From Lytechinus pictus (lineage: Eukaryota): DNA of 64,000 nt. Under the pieces are notes generated by a model. The model saw only the letters and a program-made list of their open reading frames with translations. It was not told the DNA's origin and ran no database searches. The stretch is taken from the NCBI RefSeq assembly GCF_037042905.1, contig NC_087252.1, forward strand, positions 4,528,001 to 4,592,000, written 5' to 3'. The position numbers and the translations under genes were made by a program. Positions within the stretch are counted from its first letter, which is position 1. Each line of letters opens with the position of its first letter. Shown piece after piece: positions 1 to 13,900 of this stretch.

Positions 1-445
1 CCTCCCTCTCTTTAATTTATCCTTTCTTTCTTTATTTTTTCCTTCCAATTCTTTTCCCTTATTCTTTCCTTCCTCCCTTCCTCTTTCTTTCAAAGAATAG
101 AGGAAACATTTTCTTTCCTTCATTCTTTAATTTTTTCTTCCTCTTGTTTTCTTACTTTCTTTTTTCCTATCCTTTATTTTTTTTCTTTGAACTTCACACA
201 TTAATTCCCAGTCTTTCTTTTTCTTTCTTTATTCATTTCAAAGAATGACGGAAACCCTTTTTTTTCTTTCATTCTTTTCTTATTCTAACTTTCTTTCTTT
301 TTTTTTTCTTGTTTCCTTCATTTTCATTGTCATTTTCCCCTTCATTTTTTCTTCTTTTCCTCTCAATTAATCTCTTTTCTTTTCTTTCTCTCCTTCATTC
401 TTTCAATTTCATTCACACTTTCTTCCTTTTCTTTATATTTTTTGT
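1..445. repeat. Pyrimidine-rich low-complexity tract
   Basis: Almost only T/C on the + strand; a comparable purine-rich tract lies at 61090-61300. Confidence 0.8.
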
Positions 446-488
446 GCAAGTCTAACACTGTGGTCTGTGTAGCCTTATTTGTTGATTT

Positions 489-1362
489 TTATTTACTAAG
501 AATAAGACCCAGTTCGGTCGATCCGCTCATGCAGCATGCTTTGTTGTCCCATATTTCATTTAATGAAATCTGGTCACCCTGGCCCTGCAAACAACAGAAG
601 AAGAAAGGTCTAATTTATTGAAAAAAAAGAATGAGAGAGAAAAGGAAAATGCAACAACAACAAAAAAAGTTTAAAAATTAGATCGAACAGTTAACGTTAG
701 ATCTAACTTAAGTTAACAGTTACTAGATCTATTCTAAAGACGTTACGTTGGCATAAAATTACCTCAGGCGATGTTCGTGCAGGCTCCACTCCACTTCACT
801 ACCGCTACACTACGCTCCACCTACTAGTGTAGCGGTAGTGAAGTGGAGTGGAGCCTGCACGGACATCGCCTGAGGTAGCATGAAATCTGACTAAGTCTGA
901 TCGAATGAGAAAGAAAAAGAAAACTCAAAAATATGAAACTTTGAAAGAAGCTATCAAATTCTTTAATAAAAGCTGAGGTAAAAATAGTCAATTCTCACTG
1001 GTTGCCATCAAAGGTCAAAACCAAGGAAAGAAGAAGCTTTCATTTTCACTGTCAGTGTCAGTAACCAAACGTCGTGGGATCTGCTCGAGCCCCAGGGCCA
1101 GGCACAACCCACAACGCCCATGTTCAACACAGCCATGGCTCGCCAGTCATCCCGGCCCGACGAGACCCCGTGCGATGCGCGATGCCGATGGAGCTTTAAA
1201 AAAATGCAAACTTACCACGGCTGGGAATGCGTCATTATCATTTTGTGGACAATGCTCAACCCAAGCACCAACTGGAACAATTTCATTCGGTCGTCTGTCA
1301 AGGATCCGCTGTGTTTGACGGTGAAATTTACTATTTTTCGGTCTATAAACTTTAGAATTCAT
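489..1362 (-). other. Possible spliced transcript divergent from TTC12 (exons about 1362-1216 and 584-489)
   Basis: Donor gtg|gtaagt at 1215 and acceptor ttctgttgtttgcag at 585. The spliced frame gives an 80-aa ORF (MNSKVYRP...DAFPAV|GQGDQISLNEIW...LSK*) with no family recognised. Confidence 0.3.
760..877. mobile_element. Palindromic mini-MITE with TA flanks
   Basis: About 53-bp arms with 1 mismatch (ta-cctcaggcgatg...catcgcctgagg-ta) and a short loop. Confidence 0.8.
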
Positions 1363-1930
1363 ATTTTTAACTCGACCCACCTGTCGCAGCAAATTCGAAA
1401 CGCGAATGTTGTTTTCAAATTTACCGCTTACCCGGTATACGGTATCGATTAAAGATCGATTATGGTACAACCTTTAATTCCAGTCTCTTTTTTAAATTGA
1501 GATAAAATACATTATTTAGGAACATATTAAGCGAATCATATTTTTCAAAAATGTGATTTAAAATATTTTATTGATTCTAATTAGTGAATAAAAATTCAAT
1601 TCAATTATTTTATTGCAACATAATCTTCCGATGTTCAGAGACTTGAGTCTGGCAAAAAACTAAACTACAATTTTTCGTGATGAAGCCTATTTGATGTGAG
1701 GCCGCCTCTCTTTACGGCGCATGCAATTCTTATGTACACATGTCTAATTGGGAAATCACGAATCCTTGAAAGAGCTGTTCAAATTCCATGGGAGCTAAAT
1801 CTCAATATACTGGTACCAGGTACATGTATAACGTGTTAGTGTTAGTAGCTGAGCTGAGACTGAGACTGAATCCGAGTAAAAAAAAAGTCGTGGACGTGGT
1901 TGGCGTAACGTTCCAGACCTAGTTACAAAA

Positions 1931-4900
1931 ATGGAGAATTCATCTGAAAACGAAGAACTTCAGGAATTTCTTAGGAAGGTCGATGAACTGGGTAAGACAA
2001 TAATTTTAAACGTTTTTCAAAATTTCAGAGCAGTTGTTTGAAATTTGAAAATGACAATTTGAAATTCACACAACTTCAACAGAATGAGACGGTCAACACA
2101 ACAATAAAAAGTCATAAATAATATTAATTGTCAAAAAAATATAACGTTAATCATGCAAAGACCAATTACCCGGTATTTATTAAAACAAAAATTCAAAAAG
2201 TAACAACTTAAATACCGGTGGCGGTAGACAGCTGGCAGCCGTCTGTTTCGAGGAGTTTTTTAACTTTTTTTTATTTTTTTATTTCTCCTCGTACACAGAC
2301 GGCTCGCTAGCGTGCAGCCACCATTAGGGGACTTGCAATGCAAAATCCCCCCGTCGGGGCTCTTCAATTTTTGTCTTTAATGAATAAAAATTTTGAAAAT
2401 TAATGCGACCAAAATGCAAATTAATATTCCCTCTTGGCATTAATTGCCAAAAAACTGAGAAAAATCAAGTTAAAAGGAACAAAAACAGTGACTTACCTCG
2501 GCTGTCGCGCAAATTCACTTCCCCGTTTTATCCGATCTTAAGTACATAAACATATGGCCATTGAGTCCCCTGTACAGATCGCGCTAGAACTTCGGTCTCT
2601 GTATTTGGTGAGTGAAGCCAACGGAGTTCAGCTGAACAACCAACATAACAGAGACCGAAGCTTTTGGTCTACGGTGGCGGTAGACAGTTGGCAGCTGTCT
2701 GTTGGAGTTTAAACATTTTTATTTTTTTCTCCTCGACTTGGCCTGGCTTGGGTCTTCAGTCTTGTAGTTGTACACAGACGGCTCGCTATTGTGCAGCCAC
2801 CATTAGGGGGTTAACAATTTAAATTCCCCCCGATCATCGATTTTTGTCTTTAATTTATTTCATAAAAATATATAAAAAGAACTACCAAAATAAAGGGCGC
2901 TAGTGTAGTTTCGCACCTCCCGGTTTAATGGTTTTCAAACATGTACAATCTCACCCTAAATAATTCACAACCTAAAATACTTGCATCTGAGCCTCCAAAG
3001 TCCAGTAGAAGTTGAATATTTGCCGTTTTGACACTTTTTTAAAACAAAGTTTTACACCTATTTCGGAATCACTCGGTCGCTTGAAGCTCAGCGCTGCACA
3101 TAAGCAGTCGGTACGCGTACAGTACGTACCACCCACTTCAAAAAGATTTTTTCCCCTCTTTCAGCTTGCACCAAGACAGTATTACGGTAGTGGTTGTGCA
3201 GAGTGGTTGATGTTTGTTGTGTGAAGCCGAAGGTGTGTGTGGGGTGTGCGTGTGTGTGTACTTGTTTGAATGAAATAAGAAATGTGAAAAACCACTAGAC
3301 CCTACCGTAATACTTGGTGCAAGCTGAAAGAGGGGGAAAAATCTTTTTGAAGATACCATAGAAAAACTCGCTCTTCTTGCACTTCACGAGGTGGTACGTA
3401 CTGTACGCGTACCGACTGCTTATGTGCAGCGCTGAGCTTGATCAAGCGACCGAGTGATTCGAAATAGGTGTAAAACTTTGTAAAAAAGTGTCAAAACGGC
3501 AAATATTCAACTTCTACTGGACTTTGGAGGCTCAGATGCAAGTATTTTAGGTTGTGAATTATTTAGGGTGAGATTGTACATGTTTGAAAACCATTAAACG
3601 GGGAGATGCGAAACTACACTAGCGCCAAATAAAGATTCCGTTTTGGCCTGAAATGCACCAAAATGGAAAAATAAACTTAAAGTTAAAAGGGGGAAAAAAC
3701 AGTGACTTACTTCGGCTGTCGCGCAACTTCACTTCCCTGTTTTATCCGAACTTAATACATAAACATATGGCCATTGAGTCCCTGTAACAGTTAGGCCTAC
3801 AGATCTAGCTAGAACTTCGGTCTCTGTATTTGGTGAGTGGAGACAACAGAGTTCAGCGGAACAGCCAACATAACACTAACAGTAACAGAGACCGAAGTTT
3901 TTGGTCTAAAATACCGGTAGCCTCTGTATTAACAATCAACACTGCACAGACATGACAGACTTAATATTAAAAAATAAAAATCTAAATGAAAATCAACATT
4001 GACATCGCCTAGGTTGTGTGCCGTAACATTAAATATTAAGAGTTATGGCAAGTTCCCACAAGGCTGCTCAGTCCCCCTTGTCTGGGCACACGTGTATCTG
4101 CGCGATTCTAGTAAAAGGAGATATGCAACGAACACAGACTTTACACATGCAAATGCAATAGTATGGTTGGAACTACCCCTTATTGACCAATAAATTTTCA
4201 AAGCATCGTATCTGCGAAAATATTTATTAATTTGTGCAGAAAATTGAGCAGATCAGATTCCCATGTTTCGATCGACAACTCCAATTCAATTCGCGTATAT
4301 ATCGGCGAACAATGAATACAACGATTTTACATTTGCTCATTTGCACCCTTTTGAAACCGACCACCCGCGATACACTAAGTTTACGGCCGATTCTTTTCAC
4401 GGTGGCGAAATATTTTGACTCGTCCAAATCATTTCTATGATGGCAACATGCTAAATGATCATCTCACTACTTCCACTGTGAGCTCCAGCACATGATTCGA
4501 CGATGGACAACGGATATTTGTTCTAAAGCCGTTTCCTATCTGATTTCTTGGTATGAACAACTGTTTTTTATAAATTCTACTAAATTTTTACCTTTTTACC
4601 CTTCTTTTTCTCTCGTAAAATTGATTCTTACCGTTCCTATGGACACTGCGCCTACTCTCCCGCGTGTATCATTTGTAATACGCAATAATTTTAATGCGCG
4701 CAAGGTGGTCAGTTTTAAAAGAGGTGGTCCATATGTGGTGGTCTCACATAGACAGATAGTTCTAAAGATAGATCTAAAAAAAAAATCCTACTTAAAATGC
4801 TGGAAAAAAAAAAGAATTTTGGGCATTCCATATGATGGCCTCAATAAAACGGCCTTGACAAACTCCCATAATCGTGTGCAAAGTGAATGGGTGCACAGAC

Positions 4901-7900
4901 ATGGGCATTCCATGTGACGGCGTCAAAATACAGCCTTGACCAAATCCCTGAATCGTGTCCAAAGTGAATGGGTTCACAGACACGGGGTACCATTTTTTTT
5001 TCAATCTGAAAATGACTGCCCAATGTTTTTTCCAAGAAAATCCTATCTATTTCTTTAAAAAAATTATGAGAACTTGCTCATAATAGGCCTAATGTAAGGA
5101 ACATTATTAACTGAAAGATTTTTTGAAAAAAAAAAAAAAATCCTGTTAAATCTTAACTCAAATTGTTAGGTGCGCAGACTTGGGGACCACCAACATAAGT
5201 TTAGACTTCTTCTTACAGTTTTAGATCTATCATTAGACTAATATTAGAGGCTAGATCTACTTGACTCTTCATCTTTCTCTTTAGATTTTAAATTGCCTCA
5301 GTGCAAGTTTGGTTCTTAGACAGTAGAGGCGCTGGTTAGAAAATTGGGATCATCCCAGCTTTCCTCAGTTTTCAAAGATTTCTCCATACAAGAAATCTAT
5401 GAAATAATGAAAGTTCATTCACCTGTCAATTGCAGACATCAATTGAGGGCACTCGTGACCTAGTCAATGTAAGTTGGATCTTAATATATCAGGTTTCATA
5501 AGATTATTGCAAAACGGCAAGTCATGAAAAATAGGAGGTGAACTAGGGGGTATTGAGGTCACTGAATCTATTTTTAGCATGCACTCTCAATCCCTGTAAT
5601 AGCTGTCTACAGTATGTCTCACAGGGGTAAGTGAAAAAAAACTGTCCCCATAAATTATCGGCATAAACAAGACAATCTCAGTTTCTCTCAAGACATGATT
5701 TATCCTGGTTTATGAAGATATCCATGTTTTCTGGGACAATTCAAATTTTTGGACCGCCACCTCTACTGTTGTGTTGGGATTTGCAGGAGAATGTTCCGAG
5801 ACAGTAGAACTTCTAATAATAGAACCTAACGTTTGTCATTAAGCCTTAATTAGTACTCTAGACTCTAAATCTAAGTTAGGCTAGCTAGTTCAGAACTAAC
5901 TCATTTCTGATGCGTATCCGGAGATCTGGGGAGCGTTACATGAAAGGACTTGTCGGTCGTTTATCTGACAAGTCCTGTTTTATCCGACAGTTACCATGTA
6001 GTAACAGTGACTCTCTCACACTCAGGCAATCAAAATCAAGGAAATTTGTCATTCTGAGTCCAACTTGTCGGACAAAAAATGTTGACGAAACGCTCCCCTG
6101 GGCCCAAGACTGGGGGGTGTTTATCAAAGGTTTAAGTATTACGTAAAGTCTCACTTAGTTCCGTGCGATATACATGTAAAAGGCATGACCGCATTTGCAT
6201 CATGCCAAGAGGACGCGCACTACTGCGTATTGATGATTAACTATCGATCATTTTTAGAAACGTGTTGATAATGCAAGGTGGTAACGCATTAATATTCTGA
6301 ATTTCTGATTTTGAGAATTAAAATTTTCCTAATTGCCTTGTTATATTCCAGATTGAGTAAAGTCACACAGGGCTACTTGTTCATATAATGACAAGAACAA
6401 TACATGATTCAATTAAATGTTTTTGTTTGCAGAATTGGATATAATGATGATTAGGCCTAATGATGATGTTTTTAATAATGGACCTAAATAATGATAACAT
6501 GATGATCTTTGCAGAATCTGTGGTAAAGGGTGATCTAAACGTGACCGAGGATGTATCGGAGCAAGTCAGACTTGAGAACAAGAATCCAGTCAACAGGACT
6601 GTCATCAATACCAATGCTTTCAAAGATGATCAAGCCCCCTCTCAACCAGCTCATCAGGTAAAGTAGAATATATAACACCAGGGCCCTGTCTTACACATAG
6701 TTACGATCGATCCAATCAATCGTAACTCTATGGAAATCCATCAGTGTCATAATTTTTTCTACTGGAAATTTGAAAATGTCCTTTGTAAACAAAGGAAAAT
6801 GCACCAAATTGTCAAAAAATTAATTACTTTATGGATATACATTAATGTCTAGAAACAAATTTTGAACAAATATGCATTTCATTTGTTGACTTTGCTGACT
6901 TTCCATAGTTGTGATTGATTGGATCGATCGCAACTCTTTGTAAGACGGGCCCCAGCTAATACTAGGCAGTTGAAGTTAATTCCCTTGCCATCAACAGGTA
7001 AGGCTTTTCTCTCCAATATTGATATAAGAGAAAGAAATCCAACAATAAATTTTAAAAAGGCCTCATGTCATGTCAGTACCCATACGTGGAATTGAGAAAG
7101 GAGTGGGAAGGTAAATTCTGCTATTGTTCCTCTGCAGTATGTTTTCCATAATCATTTTGTATCCAGAATTTCAAATTCAAATTCATGTATATTACAAATG
7201 CATCCCTATTAGTGGTTTGTAATATTTTTTACTTCACCTGTTTCTATTTCCTTCTGTAGATACCAGCTTCAACAGCACCGATGAGTGCATCTCAGGGTAA
7301 GTTAGTACTTTGTGGCAAGCATTGTCTAAAGTCACAAGTTAGGGCTACATGATCTTGATGATAGTGAAATATTGTAACATTGAAACTTAAATGACTCTGC
7401 GGTATAGTACAAAAGTACTGGGTTTTATATGTTAACCCTATTTTTACTTTGGCTGACCCTCTTGGCTATGAAATGTTGGAACAATTCAATTCAAGACTTT
7501 ATTCCAGACACAACTGCATAAGCAGAGGTCCATATAAACAGACATCATAGTATACATCAATACAGACATACAGAGATAAAACTAGATTAAACAAAGAACA
7601 GATGATTATGTATAAATAGTAGAACAAGGTATAAAATAATCACACTAAAATTATACTAGAAATTAACAATGAATACACAAAACAAAATGACAGCAATGTA
7701 TAATTAAGGAAATATTTACTAATGGCAATATGAGTAACTTGTTTTAATAAAAGACAAATATACGTAACTATTTTAGTAGATCACGACTCATCACTCTGCC
7801 ATTAAATTGTTATGCCAATGCTTCCACAACACTGATGTATACCTAGTACAGCTGTGCAATGGGGTAACCAATATACTTACAATAGTATTTTCAGAAATAC

Positions 7901-10900
7901 AAAATATCTGTGCAGATTTTACACTGTGTAAAGGATGTGGAGCTTCAGCCTTTTATTTTCATTCAATCTCAAATTGTTTTTTTTTCCAGAAAACATATTT
8001 CAATACATACATTGTGGATCGTTGGCTTGGAGGTGATACCACTCCAATTATAAAGTATGATAGCTTTTTTTGTTGACATTGAACTTTGAAGTACTAAATT
8101 CTTTGATTCAATTTCATCACAGATGGCTTCATGAAGGCAGTTGAACGGGATGCAGCAGAAAGAGCAGAGAGAAGGAAGGAAGCAAAGAAGAGGGCAACAG
8201 AATGGAAGGATAAAGGGAACGTGGAATTCAAAGAGGGCAATTATGAGAAGGCCATAGAACACTACACTGAAGGCCTCACCCATCTCAAAGATTTTGGTGT
8301 GTTGTATACCAACAGAGCTCAGGTAACCAATTGAAGATATAATTATAATAGCTGGATTTATAAAGCGCTCTTTGCCAGAGGATACAAAGTGCTGCTATTA
8401 TTACCCCGGCTTCAGCTCGAGCTACCATCACCGGCGCTCAGTGCATGCAAGGAATTACTGCTAACGGTCGAGTGCATCACAGTGCAGATAAATTTCTTGC
8501 TGAAGGAAAACACGCAATGGCTACCATTCTAACCCACGACCCTCTGTTTCAAAGGCGAGAGTCAGAACCACTAGACCACGACACACCCATAATTCTGGTC
8601 ATCATCAAGTTCCTCGAATGCTTGGGCACCTAGGTAGCCAAGCTGAAACCAGGGTAATGATAATAGCAGGACCCGCTGGGAGAACAGTTTTCGGAACTGA
8701 AGTGGCTACCGTAGGTAAATATACTGTTATGATTATTACTATAAAAACAGAAAATCCGTTTTGATTCTTCATGTGAAAATTCATTGAATTTACCGTTGCA
8801 CGATGGAATTCTTATTTTTGCTATGGCAAAGCGGAATTTCCTTTTTAGATGGAATTTGAAATTGGATTACAGGTTTCCTTTCACAATCCGAAATGACATT
8901 TTATGAAATGGAAAATCACTGTCTCTAGACATGTTTTTCCATTAGGATAGGTGGTGCTTTTAAAAGATATTTAACAATGAAAAAAAAATGAAAATGAAAA
9001 TCCATATTTTATTGTTCGAAATAGACATGAAATGACATACTCCAAAAATTTGCTTTGCCCAATTGATCGTGGGCCCGGCAGCAGCTGCGCAGCGCCAGAT
9101 CGACGAGGCTCTATCCCTTTAATCGTTGAACGCAAACAGGGTAGCAGCAACTCCCATCTTTTAACATCTTTTGGTCTGACGCAGCCAGGGTTTGAACCCC
9201 CGACCTCCCAGTTGTAAGACGGACGCTCTACAAACTGAGCCAACACAACGGTTGTCGGCTAGAATGAAAATGATCATATATTGATGTTTGCAGGTTATAT
9301 TTGTTTGAATCGAACTGGTTCAGAAATGGCTAAAATATCTTAGGTACCGACATGGGTCTCATTTGAATGGAATTTCTGTTCCTCTTAATATGTGTGCGAT
9401 CCATGTACACAATCTATTTAGAAGCTGCCTGCAGAGATCAACAGAGCATGGCATACACTGTGACCGTTATCATACAGGTGTAAGTGAAATTTGAACCATT
9501 ATGCTAAAAAGTCAAGAGCGGAATGTCAAATTGTCAATAAACAATTGTTTACAATATTGTGACACAAATAGCATCTATTCATTGAACTTTCAATTTCACA
9601 ATATTTCAATATTATTGTCTTACAGTAATACCAGACCTGCCAACCAGTACGTTTTAGCCGTATTTAGTACGTTTTTGCAACCAAAATACGGCAGTACGTT
9701 TTTTCTTTGAAAAATACGTTTTTTTGAATTTTTTTTTTTTTTTAACTAAATCGTAATTTATTGAGAAAAATAATCTCTATATGTCTCTATTTCATAAAAC
9801 GTGCGCAAATATGGTTATTAGATCAATGTAATTTCAGGTAACTTGTTTTCTTTTTCAATCATTTTGAATTCAAACCAGGGTGAAGATATACACATGTTTT
9901 AATGTTTTTTTTTCATTTGCAAGAGCAGTGCGCATTTTAGCTTGCATGCAGCTTGAGCGCCGCGATGAGCGAGTGCGCCAAGCATTTTATTATGAAATAC
10001 ACTTTTTTGGGGAAAAATACAGTTTTTTTAATCACAGAATACAGTTTTTCATTCCCAGAGGTTGGCAGGTCTGTAATACAGTAATAATACTAACCTTCAT
10101 TTGTCAACATTTCTAGGCATACAACAAGGTTGGTCGTTACGAAGAGGCCATAGCCGATTGTGACCTGATATTGAGACTTGAACCTAAGAACACCAAAGCA
10201 CACATTCACAAAGGGAAGGCATTGCTTGGACAACTCAAGTATGAGGAAGCTGTAGACAGCTACAAGGAGATACTTCAATATGACCCAAAACAACAGAAAA
10301 TGGTGGACAGTAAGTATATAATGAGGGGGGGGGGGGACGAGCACCGCGCAGGCTATAGCTGCTTGTGATTTCCAAAGCATGCACAGAGGGAATGCATTTC
10401 TTGGACACCTACATGTACAAGGAGATAATACAATATGACCCAAGACAACAAAATGGTGGACAGCAGAGAGGGGAGGGAGGAAGGTCAGAGTGTTTGGGGG
10501 GGGGGGGTAGAAAGAGAGACAGAGTGGGAGAGAGGGGGGCAGAAGGGTGATTCCTCTATATTAGCATGCATACACACAACCACATAGCTGCACGAATATT
10601 ACTCGGCAGCAAAGGAGGCAGATTATTATTCCAAAGAAGAAAAAAGAAAGAAAGTAATGGAGGAGGAGCTGGAGAAAAGTATGAGTAATGATATTTATTT
10701 TTTCCTAAGTTTCATGTATGGTCCACATTGTGCTGCACTCTACCCAGGTGAGAGAAATGGGTACTTGACAGGAATCAATGACTTGAAATGCTTTTGCACT
10801 GTAAGCTGGGGTATTAATATCCAAGTCCTCCTGATGTGCATAGAGGCATTATGTCTTAATGTGATTTGCGCTATGCAAGAACTGTTTATTATTATTGTGT

Positions 10901-13900
10901 ACAGTTTGTCAGGCCTTTCCTCTGTAAAAAAAGTGAATAATAGTTATCAATATCCTTCCATTCTAGAGTACATCCTTGAAGCCAAACAGGCAATGGTAGC
11001 AGCCGAATCTGAGGAAGCTGCAAAGAGAACACTAGAGGGCGGTGACATGCATTCTAAGACCATGACGGATGTCTTATCAAAACTTTGGCGTCCCAACCAG
11101 AATCTTATGTACTACGCTGGAGGAATGAGAGTCCTGAAAGAAATGATACAGGATGGTAGGTGGAGTTTAAAGTCCAGGGAGTGTTTCGGAGAGTTACACA
11201 AAACTTTGCACACAACTTTACAAATGGAACCTGTTCTTAGGTGTCAGCTACATGATAAAATGAAGCACAAGAACTGACCAGCTGGGCCCCGTCTTACAAA
11301 GAGTTACGATCGATCCGATCAATCTCAAGTATATGGAAATCCATCAATGTCTTTTTTTTTCTTTTGGAAATTTGCTCAATGTCCTTTGAAAACAAAGAGA
11401 AGCATAATGAATTGTCAAGTACACAGTGAATGTATGAATATATGTCATTTGTAGAAAATATTTTGAACAAACGTGCATTTTAGAAGTTGACGTTGCTGGC
11501 TTTCCATAGTTGCGATTGATCACATCAATCACAACTGTTTGTAAGACGGGCCCCAGTTGTACGAAAAATCATGCATTAGTTCAAACGTACAGATGTGTGA
11601 AAGTCATGCCTGACTTACGAATAGCTTTATGTAATGCCTTCAGGTAGTATTTTGTAAAGCCCCTTCAATGTAAAGAGCTCTACATACATGTGTGCCTTTT
11701 GATTGCCTATTAGTACTTCATTGTGAGTCTGGAGCTATTTATGAGATAGTTGAATGAGACATGTATGACTAATGTTGGGTTATTATCATGGCCTTTTTTG
11801 CAAAATGGGTCCCATTGGGTTTGCTCCAACCGAACCCGATGCTTAGAAGATAAATAAATCAAAAATCTAAAATAAAGAAGAACTTAAACCTTAAATCATC
11901 CAAGTGGACCTTTGCAATAACTTTCATTTTCATTTCTGGTTTTTGTCTCACCTGCATAGCAGAGTGAGACTATAGGCGCCGCTTTTCCGACGGCGGCGGC
12001 GTCGGCGACGGCGGCGGCGGCGTCAACACCAAATCTTAACCTGAGGTTAAGTTTTTGAAATGACAGCATAACTTAGAAAGTATATGGACCTAGTTCATGA
12101 AACTTGGCCATAAGGTTAATCAAGTATTACTGAACATCCTGCCTGAGTTTCATGTCACATGACCAAGGTCAAAGGTCATTTAGGGTCAATGAACTTAGAC
12201 CATGTTGGGGGAATCAACATCAAAATCTTAACCTAAGGTTAAGTTTTTGAAATGTCATCATAACTTAGAAAATATATGGACCTAGTTCATGAAACTTATA
12301 CATAAGGTTAATCAAGTATCACTGAACATCCTGCATGAGTTTCACATCACATGACCAAGGTCAAAGGTCATTTAGGGTCAATGAACTTTGGCCGAATTGG
12401 GGGTATCTGTTGAATTACCATCATAACTTTGAAAGTTTATGGATCTGATTCATGAAACTTGGACATAATAGTAATCAAGTATTACTGAACATCCTGTGCA
12501 AGTTTCAGGTCACATGATCAAGTTCAAAGGTCATTTAGGGTCAATGAACTTTGGCCAAATTGGGGTATTTGTTGAATTACAGCCATAAATTTGAAAGTGT
12601 GTTGGTCTAGTTCATAAAACTTGGACATAATAATAATCAAGTATCACTGAACATCCTGTGCGAGTTTCAGGTCACATGATCAAGGTCAAAGGTCATGTAA
12701 GGTCAAAGAACTTTGGCCACGTTGGGGGTATTTGTTGAATTGCCATCATATCTCTATAAGTGTATTGGTCTAGTTCATAAAACGTGGAAATAAGAGTAAC
12801 CAAGTATCACTGAACATCTTGTGCGAGTTATAGTAGTTTTCAAAATCAGCACTGCTGCTATATTGAATCGCGTGATGCAGGTGAGACGGCCAGAGGCATT
12901 CCACTTGTTTTTTTTTTTACCTACTAATTCAAAGGATGAACTTTCCCTTTATTAGGGTTAATTAAACCAAGAAATGCCACCATTATATTAAAACTTGCCT
13001 TACATTAAGACGTTTTATGCCCTTCAACACCCATGTATATGATTTTATTCTGTTCTCACTATTCATTGACATGTAGATACTGCTAGGACACTCTTCAGAA
13101 CTGGGAAAGGTTTTGATTTATTGACTGAAGCCCATATTCAGAGGTAAATGTTTTCTTTTCTTTTTTTATAATGATAATTGTGATAAGAATGATCATTCTG
13201 ATTATTGTTATATCTATGTGCACATTGGTATCCGAGGAGAATGGAATACCCATATAATCTTTATTCAAATGATCACCAAGAATTGGGGTCACCTCACCTC
13301 TCTTAAAGAACTAGTTCAGGACAAAATTTTACTTTTATTTGATGCACATATTGGCCAGACAAGATATTACAAACATAAAATCATGTTTTACCTCTCAAAG
13401 TATCAGGGATATAGTTGACGCTGGCCTCAAGGGTACATTTTGCAGGCCTTGGCCCTAGTCATGTGTTCAATGTCAATGGAAGAAGGTTTTCTCTGGTAGC
13501 CTACTGGGAAGTACAAGCCTCAATTACCTCACAGCTTTGTATAGAATTCATATCCATTTTTTCCGAAACCAATGCCAACGATACACAGTTGGCTCAGTCG
13601 TTAAAGTGTCTGCCTGTTGAACCAAAGATTGTGGGTTAGAGTCCACCCTGGGCAGATAACTGAAGCCTGCGATGTGTGTAAATGCCTCTGCCCTGTTCCA
13701 TAGATGCAGGCTACTATACAGTGAAAACACTCCGTCCCTCAGATAGGACATTAAATGGAGTTCCCGTGTAGAGGAGAGTCACCACCTTTGAACGTTAAGA
13801 ACCCACTGCACTATTCGTATATGAGTAGGGGGAAACCCTGGTGTAGTGGTCCACCTGCACTCCCCCTAATCAGTTATATCGGGAGAAGAGACCTGAGGGT

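Noticed and set aside
4492..5035. Overlapping ORFs with a ~75-bp duplicated segment
   Set aside because: They lie in an intronic repeat, with no recognisable domain or splice support.
10657..11277. 206-aa ORF as a separate gene
   Set aside because: Only 10967-11155 is coding (TTC12 exon 6); the rest is open intron.
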